The notes under the pieces were generated by a model. The model was not told the DNA's origin, searched no databases, and saw nothing but the letters and a program-made list of their open reading frames with translations. From Ruminococcus sp. (lineage in GTDB: Bacteria > Bacillota > Clostridia > Oscillospirales > Acutalibacteraceae), in contig JAZQAF010000016.1 of NCBI GenBank assembly GCA_045545015.1, positions 6,303-70,302 of the forward strand: 64,000 nt of DNA, read 5' to 3'. Below are positions 1-10,283 of the stretch, in pieces. Each line of letters starts with the position of its first letter. The stretch's first letter is position 1. The position numbers and the translations under genes were made by a program.

Positions 1-53
1 CGCTGACAAAATCACGAGCATTACTGCAAGGAGAGGGATCTTCAGAAAAGCTT

Positions 54-791
54 TCATATTATGAATCCGCCGTTTACTCCCAGAACCTGACCTGTAATGA
101 AGGTGGCTCTGTCGCTGCACATAAATGATACTGCATCTGCGATTTCCTTGGGAGAGCCAAGTCTTCCCATGGGGGTTTCCTCGCAGAGGGCAGCAATATC
201 ATCCTCAGAAAAATCCTTCATCATATCGGTGGAGATAACTCCGGGGCATATACAGTTTACTCTGATATTAGAGGGAGCAAGCTCCTTTGCAAGGGCTTTT
301 GTGAGCCCTATAACGCCTGCCTTGGCGGCACTGTAGTGCACCTCGCAGGAGGCTCCCACCTGTCCCCACATGGAGCTGATATTCACAATGCTTCCGCTCT
401 TCTGATTTATCATATATCTTGAAGCTTCACGGCACATATTGAAAACACCCGTAAGGTTTGTGGAGATCATGGTATTCCAGTCCTCATCGGTGATATCCGT
501 GAAAAGCTTCTGCTGGCTGATGCCTGCATTGTTTACAACCACATCTATGGAGGAATACTGATTTACCGCAAGGGACACAACGTTCTTTACGTCCTCTGTG
601 TTACTCACATCGCATCTGACAGCATCGCAGGAAACGCCATAGCCGCTGATGATAACCTTTGCAAGCGCCTCGGCTCTCTCTCGGCTCTCTTTGTAGGTAA
701 TAATAACATTGTATCCGCTTTTTGCCAGAGCAACGGAAATCGCGGTACCTATTCCTCTGGAGGCTCCTGTAACGATAGCTGTCTTAAGCAT
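54..791 (-). CDS. SDR oxidoreductase, FabG/YmfI-like
   Basis: TGASRGIG, NNAG and YxxxK (HYSAAK) motifs; SSMWGQVGASCEVHYS resembles B. subtilis YmfI as recalled. Confidence 0.85.
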   Translation of the reverse strand: MLKTAIVTGASRGIGTAISVALAKSGYNVIITYKESRERAEALAKVIISGYGVSCDAVRCDVSNTEDVKNVVSLAVNQYSSIDVVVNNAGISQQKLFTDITDEDWNTMISTNLTGVFNMCREASRYMINQKSGSIVNISSMWGQVGASCEVHYSAAKAGVIGLTKALAKELAPSNIRVNCICPGVISTDMMKDFSEDDIAALCEETPMGRLGSPKEIADAVSFMCSDRATFITGQVLGVNGGFII

Positions 792-814
792 TCTGATTCT
801 CCTATTTCTTAAAA

Positions 815-844
815 CTCTCTGCCCCGAAATGAGCAGAGAGCTTT
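815..844 (-). terminator. Intrinsic terminator-like hairpin after glnS
   Basis: CTCTCTGC 815-822 / GCAGAGAG 833-840, with T tracts on both strands. Confidence 0.6.
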
Positions 845-853
845 TTATTTAAA

Positions 854-2551
854 TTACTTTTTCTTGAAGCCGTCCTTGAGAGACACGCTTCTGTTGAAGA
901 TAAGCTTATCCTTGGTGCTGTCCTTGTCAGCGCAGAAATAGCCAAGACGCATAAACTGGAAGCCCTGACCTACCTCTGCATTCTCAAGGCTTCTCTCCAC
1001 TTTACAGTTTGTGAGTACCTTGAGAGAATCGGGGTTAAGGAAATCAAGGAAGTTTCTGTCACCTGCATCGGGATCGGGAACTGTGAAGAGGTTATCGTAA
1101 AGTCTTACCTCAGCATCTCTGAAGTTTTTGGCATCTACCCAATGTATTGTGCCTCTTACCTTTCTTCCGTCGGGAGTGTTGCCCCCACGGGTCTCGGGGT
1201 CATAGGTAGCATAAACCTCTACCACGTTACCCTCGTCGTCCTTTTTACAGCCTGTACACTTTACAATATATGCAGACTTAAGTCTTACCTCGTTGCCGGG
1301 GTAAAGTCTCTGGTAGCCCTTGATAGGCTCCTCCATGAAGTCCTCTGCCTCTATGAAGCATTCCTTTGAGAAGGTGATAACTCTCTTGCCGTCCTCTTCT
1401 CTGTTGGGATTATTCTCAACCTCGAATTCCTCTGTAAGGTCCTCGGGATAGTTCTCGATAATGAGCTTTACAGGGTTTATAACAGCCATTACTCTGAGTG
1501 CCTTTTCGTTTAAGTCCTCTCTTAAGCAATGCTCAAGGAAGCTGTACTCAACAATAGAGTTCACCTTGGAAACGCCGTTTCTCTCAGTAAAGTTTCTGAT
1601 AGATTCGGGAGTGTAGCCTCTTCTTCTCAGTCCGCAGAGTGTAGGCATTCTGGGATCATCCCAGCCGCTTACATAGCCATCATCGACCAGAGTTCTGAGC
1701 TTTCTCTTGGACATAACGGTGTTGTTGATGCCGAGACGTGCAAACTCGATCTGGCGGGGCTTTGCAGGTACGGAAACATTATTGATTACCCAGTCATAGA
1801 GCGGTCTGTGATCCTCAAACTCCAGAGAGCAGAGGCTGTGGGTAATACCCTCCATAGCATCCTCAATGGGATGAGCAAAATCATACATGGGATAGATGAC
1901 CCACTTGTCACCTGTTCTGTGATGACGGAGCTTGTTGATTCTGTAAATTACGGGGTCACGCATATTGAAGTTGCCACTTGCAAGGTCTATCTTTGCACGA
2001 AGGGTCATCTTGCCCTCTTCGAATTCGCCGTTCTTCATTCTCTCGAAAAGCTCAAGGCTCTCCTCGATGGGTCTGTCTCTGAAGGGGCTCTTTGCAGGAG
2101 TGGAGAGGTCGCCTCTGTACTCACGCATCTCTTCAGCACTCAGCTCACATACATAAGCGAGACCCTTCTCAATAAGCTCCACGGCGAAGCGGTACATATC
2201 ATCAAAGTAATCGGAAGCATAGTAGAAGCGGTCCTCCCAGTCGAAGCCAAGCCACTTGATATCCTCTTTGATAGCGTCAACGTACTCCACATCTTCCTTT
2301 GTGGGGTTGGTGTCGTCCATTCTCAGGTTGCACATACCGCCGTACTTCTTAGCGGTACCGAAGTCGATGCAAACAGCCTTAGCGTGGCCGATGTGAAGAT
2401 AGCCGTTAGGCTCGGGAGGAAAACGTGTATGAACGGTCATACCCTCGTACTGACCACCCTTGGCGATATCCTCATCAATAAAATCGTGTATAAAATTTGA
2501 AGGCATTACATTCTCGTCAGTAACACCTGCGTTTTTAATTTCGTCTGACAT
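854..2551 (-). CDS. glnS: Glutamine--tRNA ligase
   Basis: TRFPPEPNGYLHIGHAK, MSKRKL, QFMRLGYF. Confidence 0.97.
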   Translation of the reverse strand: MSDEIKNAGVTDENVMPSNFIHDFIDEDIAKGGQYEGMTVHTRFPPEPNGYLHIGHAKAVCIDFGTAKKYGGMCNLRMDDTNPTKEDVEYVDAIKEDIKWLGFDWEDRFYYASDYFDDMYRFAVELIEKGLAYVCELSAEEMREYRGDLSTPAKSPFRDRPIEESLELFERMKNGEFEEGKMTLRAKIDLASGNFNMRDPVIYRINKLRHHRTGDKWVIYPMYDFAHPIEDAMEGITHSLCSLEFEDHRPLYDWVINNVSVPAKPRQIEFARLGINNTVMSKRKLRTLVDDGYVSGWDDPRMPTLCGLRRRGYTPESIRNFTERNGVSKVNSIVEYSFLEHCLREDLNEKALRVMAVINPVKLIIENYPEDLTEEFEVENNPNREEDGKRVITFSKECFIEAEDFMEEPIKGYQRLYPGNEVRLKSAYIVKCTGCKKDDEGNVVEVYATYDPETRGGNTPDGRKVRGTIHWVDAKNFRDAEVRLYDNLFTVPDPDAGDRNFLDFLNPDSLKVLTNCKVERSLENAEVGQGFQFMRLGYFCADKDSTKDKLIFNRSVSLKDGFKKK

Positions 2552-2563
2552 ATAAACCCTTCC

Positions 2564-4009
2564 TTAATTTAATTTTTCAAGACCTGTCTCAAGTCTTCTG
2601 AGAGACTCTTCTCTGCCGAGAATATCAAGAATCTCCACAGCACCGCCGGGAGTAACCGTCTTGCCTGCAGCTGCAATTCTTGCAGGCCACATAACTGTTC
2701 CGTTTTTAAGCTCCAGCTTCACTGCGAGATTAATAAGGCACTCCTTGATAGGCTCTGCCTCCCATTTCTCAAGGGCTGAAAGCTCATCATAAACTGCCCC
2801 CAGTATAGAGGGAACATTCTCGAGAGTGGTCTTGCTCTTCTTGTTTACGAAAAGCTCCTTATCATACTCGGGAAGCTCTGTGAAAAAGTCAAGCATAGGT
2901 GCGATATCCGTAAGCTTTACGGTTCTCTGCTGAAGAATTGCTGTAAGCTTCTCTGCAGGGAATTCTCTGTCACCGAATGCCTCTTTGTAGTAAGGCATTG
3001 CTACCTCTGTAAACTTATCAGGGGTCATTCCTCTTAGGTATTCTGAATTGAGCCATGAGAGCTTGTCGTAGTCGAATACTGAGGGAGACTTTGAAATCTC
3101 ATCAACGTGGAAATTCTCTGTAAGCTCCTCTAAGGTGAAGATCTCCTGATTTGACTTGGGACACCAACCGAGAAGTGCTATGTAGTTGATGATAGCTTCG
3201 GGAAGGTACCCGTCACTGACAAGGTCTTCAAAGCCTGTGGCACCGTGACGCTTTGAAAGCTTAGAAACGGAGCCGTCCTCGTTCTTGCCCATAATGAGAG
3301 GCAGGTGAACATAGGTGGGAATCTCCCAGCCGAAGGCTTCATAGAGAAGATTATATTTGGGTGTGGAGCTTAGATACTCACAGCCCCTGACAACATGGGT
3401 GATACCCATTGTGTGGTCGTCAATAACGTTTGCGAAGTTGTAGGTGGGATAGCCGTCGCTCTTGATAAGGATCTGATCCGTAAGCTCGGAGTTCTCAACT
3501 GTGATGTCACCGAATACAGCATCGGAGAAGGTGGTTGAGCCCTCTCGGGGCATCTTCTGACGGATAACGTAGGGTACTCCCTCAGAAAGAAGTCTCTCGA
3601 TCTCTTCCTCGGGAAGGTCTCTACAGTGGCCGTCATAGCCGCCGCCTACTGATTCCTCAGAAAGCTTTTCAAGTCTCTCCTTGGTGCAGAAGCAGCGGTA
3701 AGCCTTGCCTTCTTTGATAAGCTGTTCTGCGTAAGGTAAATACATATCCTTTCTCTCGGACTGAACGTAGGGGCCGAAATCGCCGCCTACATCGGGACCT
3801 TCGTCGTGAATAAGTCCAGCAACCTTGAGAGTATTGTAGATTACATCAACCGCACCCTCAACAAGTCTCTCTCTGTCGGTATCCTCGATTCTCAGAACAA
3901 ACTTGCCGCCTTGGCTCTTTGCAATGAGGTACTCATAGAGAGCTGTTCTCAGATTTCCCACATGCATAAAGCCTGTGGGGCTGGGTGCATATCTTGTACG
4001 TACTGTCAT
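2564..4009 (-). CDS. gltX: Glutamate--tRNA ligase
   Basis: RYAPSPTGFMHVGN, RIEDTD, KLSKRHG. Confidence 0.97.
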   Translation of the reverse strand: MTVRTRYAPSPTGFMHVGNLRTALYEYLIAKSQGGKFVLRIEDTDRERLVEGAVDVIYNTLKVAGLIHDEGPDVGGDFGPYVQSERKDMYLPYAEQLIKEGKAYRCFCTKERLEKLSEESVGGGYDGHCRDLPEEEIERLLSEGVPYVIRQKMPREGSTTFSDAVFGDITVENSELTDQILIKSDGYPTYNFANVIDDHTMGITHVVRGCEYLSSTPKYNLLYEAFGWEIPTYVHLPLIMGKNEDGSVSKLSKRHGATGFEDLVSDGYLPEAIINYIALLGWCPKSNQEIFTLEELTENFHVDEISKSPSVFDYDKLSWLNSEYLRGMTPDKFTEVAMPYYKEAFGDREFPAEKLTAILQQRTVKLTDIAPMLDFFTELPEYDKELFVNKKSKTTLENVPSILGAVYDELSALEKWEAEPIKECLINLAVKLELKNGTVMWPARIAAAGKTVTPGGAVEILDILGREESLRRLETGLEKLN

Positions 4010-4036
4010 ATTAAAACCATCCTTTCGGAGTTTATT

Positions 4037-6904
4037 TTATTCGTTCATTCCGCAGCATTTCTTGTACTTCTTGCCGCTTCCGCAGGGGCAGGGATCGTTT
4101 CTGCCAACCTTCTTGCTCTTCTTAACTGTTCTGTTGGTGGAGGAGGTGCCGTCACCTGACCACTCAATGGGCTTTGCCACCTGCTCTCGCTTGATAGCAA
4201 GGGTTATGGGGTTAGCCTTCTCTTTTTCCTGAGACTTTCCGAGGATAACCTGATGAGCAGCAGCTGCTGCCTTCTCAGCTTCCTTTCTTGCTCTCTCCTC
4301 TTCTTCCTGTCTCTTCTTGATGGCGTGTACTCTGCCGGGAACAATGAGGATGAGCTTGACAGTCTCCTGACGGATGGTCTCTATCATCTCGTCAAACATT
4401 GAGAAGCCCTCGTGTGTGTATTCAACAACGGGATCGTGCTGAGCGTAGGCACGCATACGGATGGAGTGCTTGAGTTCCTCCATAGCATCCAAGTGCTCCA
4501 TCCAGAAGGTATCAACGGAGCGAAGGAGATAAACTCTCTCGATCTCACGCATTGTTTCCTCTGTGAGAAGCTCCTCATAGCCCTCATATATCTCCATTGC
4601 TCTCTCAATAAGAGTATTTGCCACATCTGCGGGAGTGAGCTTTTTAAGCTCGTCATCTGTATAAGTGAGGGGACATTTCTCGTTTACAAGCCAGCCGTTG
4701 TAGTAGCTTCTCAGACTCATAAAGTTCCACTCCTGGGGCTCACCCACAAGGAATGTGCCCACATTGGTCTCAATAGTCTCGGAGATCCACTTGATGATCT
4801 TATCGTGGATGTCCATACCGTCGAGAACCTGATTACGCTGAGTGTAAATGTTCTCTCTCTGCTTGTTCATAACATCGTCATACTGGATAACGTTCTTTCT
4901 GATGCCGAAGTTACGCTGCTCAACCTTCTGCTGTGAGCTTTCAATGATATTGGAGAGCATCTTATTTTCGATAGGAGTGTTCTCGTCTGTGCCAAGTCTC
5001 TCCATAAGGAACTTCATTCTCTCGCCGCCGAAGATACGCATCAGGTCATCCTCTGTAGAGAGGAAGAAGCGGCTTGTACCGGGGTCTCCCTGACGGCCTG
5101 CACGACCACGGAGCTGGTTGTCGATTCGTCTTGACTCGTGACGCTCTGTGCCGATAATGAAGAGGCCGCCTGCATCACGCACCTGCTGTGCCTCGTCTTT
5201 GATCTCTTCCTTGAACTGAGAATTCAGCTCAGCAAAAACTCTTCTTGCCTCGATGATCTCCTCGTCGTCTGTATCGGCAAAGCCTGTAGCCTCTGCAATG
5301 AGCTCATCGCTGAAGCCCTGCTTTCTCATCTTGGTCTTTGCCATAAACTCAGCGTTACCGCCGAGAACAATATCGGTTCCTCGACCTGCCATATTGGTAG
5401 CAATGGTAACTGCTCCAAGCTTACCTGCCTGAGCAACTATTTCTGCTTCCTTCTCGTGATGCTTTGCATTGAGGACGTTATGCTCAATGCCTCTTCTCTT
5501 AAGCATCTTTGAGAGAAGCTCGGACTTCTCGATGGAAATTGTACCAACCAGTACGGGCTGACCCTTTTGATGGCACTCAACGATATTGTCAATAACCGCA
5601 TTGAATTTGCCCTGTTCTGTGGTATAGATCTGGTCATTGAGGTCCTGTCTTGCCAAGGGCTTGTTGGTGGGAACCTCCACAACATCCAGCTTATATATCT
5701 CCTGGAATTCCTGCTCCTCTGTAAGGGCAGTACCTGTCATACCTGAGAGCTTCTTGTAAAGACGGAAATAGTTCTGGAAGGTGATGGTAGCAAGGGTCTT
5801 GCTCTCGTTCTGAACTTTTACGCCTTCCTTTGCCTCAATAGCCTGATGCAGACCCTCGTTAAAGCGTCTGCCGGGCATCATACGGCCTGTGAATTCATCG
5901 ATGATGAGGATCTCGCCATCCTTCACAACGTAGTCAACATCAAGGTGCATAATGCCGTGAGCCTTGATAGCCTGATTGATGTGATGCTGAATTGTGAGGT
6001 TGTCGGGATCGGTAAGGTTTTCGAGGGAGAAGAACTCCTCTGCCTTCTTTACACCTATCTGGGTAAGGGTTGCTGACTTTGCCTTCTCGTCAACGATATA
6101 GTCGATATTGTTCTCCTGGAAGAAGTCCTCCATATTTTCCTTGGAGTCAACCTCGGTGCATACATATTTTTTAAGTCTTTTTGCAAGGGCATCTGCTCTC
6201 TCATAAAGATCGGAGGATTTATCTCCCTGACCTGAAATGATAAGAGGAGTTCTGGCTTCATCAATGAGGATGGAGTCAACCTCGTCAACAATGGCAAAGG
6301 AGTGACCACGCTGTACACGATGCTCCTTATAAACCACCATATTGTCACGAAGATAGTCAAAGCCCAGCTCATTATTGGTGCCGTAGGTGATATCTGCGGC
6401 GTATGCGGCTCTTCTCTCATCGTTTGTAAGTCCGTGAACAATAAGTCCGACGGAGAGACCCAAGAATCTGTAGAGCTTACCCATCCACTCGGAATCTCGG
6501 CGGGCAAGGTAATCATTGACTGTAACGATGTGAACACCGTTGCCTGTGAGGGCATTGAGGTATGCAGGCAAAGTTGCCACGAGAGTCTTACCTTCACCTG
6601 TTTTCATTTCCGCAATTCTGCCCTGATGGAGAATGATACCGCCGTGAATCTGCACGGGGAAGTGCTTCATTCCCAGCACTCGCCATGAAGCCTCACGGCA
6701 CACAGCAAAAGCATCGGGGAGAATATCGTCGGTGGTCTCACCTTTTTGGAGTCTGTCTTTAAGAATCTGAGTCTGATTTTTAAGCTCAGCGTCAGTCATC
6801 TTCTGATACTTTTCTTCAAGCTCTAAAGTCTTATTACATTTTGATTGGTTTCTCTTAATGTCCTTCTTGCTTTTATTGCCAAGAAGCATTTTTACAAGTC
6901 CCAT
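4037..6904 (-). CDS. secA: Preprotein translocase ATPase SecA
   Basis: [41 protein letters not shown]-terminal [18 protein letters not shown]. Confidence 0.98.
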   Translation of the reverse strand: MGLVKMLLGNKSKKDIKRNQSKCNKTLELEEKYQKMTDAELKNQTQILKDRLQKGETTDDILPDAFAVCREASWRVLGMKHFPVQIHGGIILHQGRIAEMKTGEGKTLVATLPAYLNALTGNGVHIVTVNDYLARRDSEWMGKLYRFLGLSVGLIVHGLTNDERRAAYAADITYGTNNELGFDYLRDNMVVYKEHRVQRGHSFAIVDEVDSILIDEARTPLIISGQGDKSSDLYERADALAKRLKKYVCTEVDSKENMEDFFQENNIDYIVDEKAKSATLTQIGVKKAEEFFSLENLTDPDNLTIQHHINQAIKAHGIMHLDVDYVVKDGEILIIDEFTGRMMPGRRFNEGLHQAIEAKEGVKVQNESKTLATITFQNYFRLYKKLSGMTGTALTEEQEFQEIYKLDVVEVPTNKPLARQDLNDQIYTTEQGKFNAVIDNIVECHQKGQPVLVGTISIEKSELLSKMLKRRGIEHNVLNAKHHEKEAEIVAQAGKLGAVTIATNMAGRGTDIVLGGNAEFMAKTKMRKQGFSDELIAEATGFADTDDEEIIEARRVFAELNSQFKEEIKDEAQQVRDAGGLFIIGTERHESRRIDNQLRGRAGRQGDPGTSRFFLSTEDDLMRIFGGERMKFLMERLGTDENTPIENKMLSNIIESSQQKVEQRNFGIRKNVIQYDDVMNKQRENIYTQRNQVLDGMDIHDKIIKWISETIETNVGTFLVGEPQEWNFMSLRSYYNGWLVNEKCPLTYTDDELKKLTPADVANTLIERAMEIYEGYEELLTEETMREIERVYLLRSVDTFWMEHLDAMEELKHSIRMRAYAQHDPVVEYTHEGFSMFDEMIETIRQETVKLILIVPGRVHAIKKRQEEEERARKEAEKAAAAAHQVILGKSQEKEKANPITLAIKREQVAKPIEWSGDGTSSTNRTVKKSKKVGRNDPCPCGSGKKYKKCCGMNE

Positions 6905-7028
6905 AATATCTTCCTTTCATATATCAAACAGTTTCCCATTTTAATAAAATAATATATTTAAGTAATTATAACACATATATAATAAAAAATAAAGAAGTTT
7001 TTTGATTATTTAAAGATGAAAAAAATAA

Positions 7029-7051
7029 AGGGTGCAGACCGCCTGCACCCT
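7029..7051 (-). terminator. Terminator of the FHA-SEDS/PBP operon
   Basis: AGGGTGCAG/CTGCACCCT stem followed by a T-rich tract on the minus strand. Confidence 0.75.
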
Positions 7052-7081
7052 GAGAATTACTGTATTTGTTTTTCGGAAGAA

Positions 7082-8422
7082 TCAGCCTTCAAAGCCTAAG
7101 GACTTTGCACTCTCAACCATTGCGATCTTTGCTATAGGACCTGCTGAGTAGTAGCCAAAGCCGCCCTCCTCCACCACTACAGCAAAGGCAAGAGGACACT
7201 CCTCGTTACGGCTGTATCCCACTATCCAGGCGGTGGATTCCTTATCTGCCGTAGTCTCGGCGGTACCTGTCTTGGCTCCCACCTCTAAAGGATAGAACAT
7301 ATCGTCGCCGTAATAGTCGCTTATGGTGTATCGCATTATTTTCTGTAGTTTTTCCGCTGTTTTACTATCCAGAAGCTCACCAGAAAGCTCCGTCTTCTCA
7401 CCCTTTACAAAATAAGGAAGGGCTGCCTCTCCGCCGTTTGCAACGGCACCGCAAAGAATAGCCATCTGAGCAGGATTCACCATATTTGTATATTGTCCCA
7501 CACCTGCCCACGCAAGCTCATTGAAGTTGGCATCCTGAAGCTCAAAGTGACCCTTTGCGGTAGAGACCGAATCAAAGGAAAAGCTCCGGGTTATGCCGAG
7601 GCTTTCTGCTGTTTTCTGCATTACATCTCTTCCAAGCTCTGTGGAAAGCTCTGCAAAAGCTATGTTACAGCTTCTGGCAAATGCCTCCTCTAAGGTCATT
7701 TCCCCGTGAGGATCAAGGCAGGTAACGTCGTCTCCGTCAAACTCCTTTTTGCCCTCGCAGTAAAAAACTCTCTCCTCTATATCGGGGATATTCTCAAGAG
7801 CTGCAACAGTGGTTACCATCTTGAAAATCGAGCCGGGGGTATAGGTACTGGAGATAACATTGTTGAGATATGCGCCGTCGGGGATAACCTCAGGCTCATT
7901 GGCTATGTCATAGGAGGGGGTGCTGACCATACAGATGACCTCTCCTGTCTTGTAGTTATACACAAGGCAAGCACCTTTTTTGCCCTCAAAGGCTTCATAG
8001 ACCTGCTTGCAGACTGAGCTGTCGAGGGTCACCTCTACATCCCCTTTGGGCTTGAGCTTATCGGGAAGCCCGTATCCGAAAATACCGCTGTGGCCGTTGA
8101 GCTTTGCACTATAGTGGGACTGCACCGCCGCTTCGATGTTATATGCGGTATCGCCTACTGTGTGGAGCATTGCCATTCGTGTGCTTTCATCCTCGTGATA
8201 GAATCTTTTATCATCACGGGACTCTGCAAGAATTACTCCGTTTCTGTCGTAAATCGTGCCTGCATCGGTAAAGCCGCTTCTTGAGTAAAGATACTGATTA
8301 TAGGTCTGGTTTGCCCACTCACTATTATTTACAGCATAACGAAAGCACAAAAGACCAAGCCCTCCTAAAAACAGGAGCGCCAGAATCAGGCTTATTATGC
8401 TTCGTGACATTGTTTTCTTCAT
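7082..8422 (-). CDS. Class B penicillin-binding transpeptidase, short PbpA-like
   Basis: N-terminal TM helix; SxxK (GSIFK), SxN (SCN) and KTG motifs. Confidence 0.9.
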   Translation of the reverse strand: MKKTMSRSIISLILALLFLGGLGLLCFRYAVNNSEWANQTYNQYLYSRSGFTDAGTIYDRNGVILAESRDDKRFYHEDESTRMAMLHTVGDTAYNIEAAVQSHYSAKLNGHSGIFGYGLPDKLKPKGDVEVTLDSSVCKQVYEAFEGKKGACLVYNYKTGEVICMVSTPSYDIANEPEVIPDGAYLNNVISSTYTPGSIFKMVTTVAALENIPDIEERVFYCEGKKEFDGDDVTCLDPHGEMTLEEAFARSCNIAFAELSTELGRDVMQKTAESLGITRSFSFDSVSTAKGHFELQDANFNELAWAGVGQYTNMVNPAQMAILCGAVANGGEAALPYFVKGEKTELSGELLDSKTAEKLQKIMRYTISDYYGDDMFYPLEVGAKTGTAETTADKESTAWIVGYSRNEECPLAFAVVVEEGGFGYYSAGPIAKIAMVESAKSLGFEG

Positions 8423-8431
8423 AAATTATCC

Positions 8432-10126
8432 TTACTTTGAGTGTTTATTCTTTGGAGCTTTAAGGGGTGACGTGGAATAGGTTCTCTCGTCTGCCGCCTT
8501 TATAAAGGCGAGAAGTCCCCAGCAGGAGATCATACTGGAGCCGCCTGCGCTGATAAAGGGGAGAGTTACGCCTGTCAGGGGCAGGATATCGGTAGAGCCG
8601 AATATATTGAGGGATGCCTGCACCACCATGAGAGTTGCCGCACTGCAGGCTGAAATCGCATAGAAGGTGCTTCGGCTTCTGCTTGCAATTCCTCTTGAGT
8701 GGATGACAAGTCCGAAGATAACAAGGGCCAAGAGAAGAGCCATGATAAGCCCCATTTCCTCAGCCACAATGCCGAAAACGAGGTCTGTTTCCGAGGCTCC
8801 GTAGTATCTGAGGATTCCTGAGCCTACGCCTGTGCCGAAAAGGCCGCCCGAGGCAATATAGGTAAGCACGCCTGCCTGCTGATATCCCTTATCATAGGGG
8901 TCCTCCATTGCGTGCCCCCAGGTGGCGAAACGCTCCGCTATATAGGGCTTGAAGGAAAGCACCAGCACACCTGCAAATGCTGCCGCAACAACAGCTAAAA
9001 TCGCAGTTTTATAGTCACCTGAACGGATAATTGAAATGACAATAAAGGTCATAAAGAATATGAGTGCTGTACCGAAGTCACCCATTATTGCAAGAGCACC
9101 TACGCAGACGGCAGAGAATATGAGAAATTCAAGGAAATTTCTCTTGGTCTGCAGATGGTCAAGAGCCGAGGCACCGACTGCCACATAGGCAATTTTAACT
9201 ATCTCTGAGGGCTGAATGGACACGCCTCCGATATAGATTCTGTTGGCGGCACCGTACTCGATGGTGCCGAAGGCAAGGTTTATGAGAAGAAACAGCACAG
9301 CTCCTGCCATGATGAAGGTTCTCCACCTGACGATGCCGTCGGGATTTCTGACAAAGGCAAGTATCGCCATGTAAAGTGTGGCACCTGCCACAGCCGCTAT
9401 TATCTGCACTCTGGCATCCATCATATCCTGACTTACCAAAAGCAAGGCTCCCGTGCCGGTCATAAAGAGGGCAAGGGTCTCTATCTCAAAATTCAGTCTG
9501 TGAAAAGCTCCTCTTGAGACCGCAAAAAGCACCCAGGAAAACAAAAGCATCGAGAGGAAAACCTCGAAAGCATCGAGCCTCAGACTTTCATAGGTAACGC
9601 ATATCTCCACCGCCATGAAGAAGTGGTAGAGGTTCATAAGAAGAATAAGAAGAGGTGCAGGAACTGCCGCCTTTGAGGAATTCTTTGAGAAAAACCAGGA
9701 GTGGGAAACCTCTTTGCCGTATTCATCTCCACGTCGAAGTCTGAGGGTCGTGGAGCCTATCTTTATCTGGTCATCAAGCTTTACGGGATGTCGCTCCTTA
9801 ACCTTTTTACCGTTGACACGAGTTCCTGATTTTGAACCTACATCGGTGACAAACCAGCCCTCTTCACGACGAAGAAGCACACAGTGACTTCTGGAGACTG
9901 TGGGGTCCTTGATGACTATATCCGAGCTTTTGCTTCTGCCGATGGTATTTTCCCAGCAAAGCACGGGAATCTTCTCTTTGAGAGTTTCATTTAAAAGGGT
10001 CACAAGGGGCTTTTCCCTGCGCTTCTGGCGGCGAAGGGATGCAAAGCATTCATACACGATAAAAATTCCGTAAAACATCAGGAGGATCCTGAGACCCACT
10101 ATGGCAATATCTGATGTAAACTGCAT
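8432..10126 (-). CDS. FHA domain fused to FtsW/RodA/SpoVE (SEDS) glycosyltransferase
   Basis: IGRSKSSDIVIKDPTVSRSH..GTRVNG (FHA), then many TM helices with IQPSE, DFGT, ETDLVF and TGVTLPFISAGGSS. Confidence 0.9.
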   Translation of the reverse strand: MQFTSDIAIVGLRILLMFYGIFIVYECFASLRRQKRREKPLVTLLNETLKEKIPVLCWENTIGRSKSSDIVIKDPTVSRSHCVLLRREEGWFVTDVGSKSGTRVNGKKVKERHPVKLDDQIKIGSTTLRLRRGDEYGKEVSHSWFFSKNSSKAAVPAPLLILLMNLYHFFMAVEICVTYESLRLDAFEVFLSMLLFSWVLFAVSRGAFHRLNFEIETLALFMTGTGALLLVSQDMMDARVQIIAAVAGATLYMAILAFVRNPDGIVRWRTFIMAGAVLFLLINLAFGTIEYGAANRIYIGGVSIQPSEIVKIAYVAVGASALDHLQTKRNFLEFLIFSAVCVGALAIMGDFGTALIFFMTFIVISIIRSGDYKTAILAVVAAAFAGVLVLSFKPYIAERFATWGHAMEDPYDKGYQQAGVLTYIASGGLFGTGVGSGILRYYGASETDLVFGIVAEEMGLIMALLLALVIFGLVIHSRGIASRSRSTFYAISACSAATLMVVQASLNIFGSTDILPLTGVTLPFISAGGSSMISCWGLLAFIKAADERTYSTSPLKAPKNKHSK

Positions 10127-10177
10127 ACACTCCGCCTCCTTTCAAAAAGTCTTTGGAAATTCTACACCTTAATGTTT

Positions 10178-10206
10178 ATATTATTCTCTGAAAATAGTTC
10201 TGTCAA
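10178..10206 (-). promoter_or_regulatory. SigA-type promoter for the FHA-SEDS/PBP operon
   Basis: TTGACA-17-TAATAT on the minus strand. Confidence 0.7.
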
Positions 10207-10251
10207 CAAACAATGTTGTAACTATCCTCTGAAGCACTACCATAAACTTAA

Positions 10252-10279
10252 AAGCCGCCACCCAAAGAGGTGACGGCTT
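10252..10279 (-). terminator. glmS terminator
   Basis: AAGCCGCCACC/GGTGACGGCTT stem just after the stop, with TTTT on the minus strand. Confidence 0.7.
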
Positions 10280-10283
10280 CACT

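Noticed and set aside
1529-2500. Long antisense ORFs (also 11100-12020, 46456-47127, 50393-50890 and many shorter ones)
   Set aside because: They lie entirely opposite well-supported genes and show no recognisable motifs, so they are treated as shadow frames.
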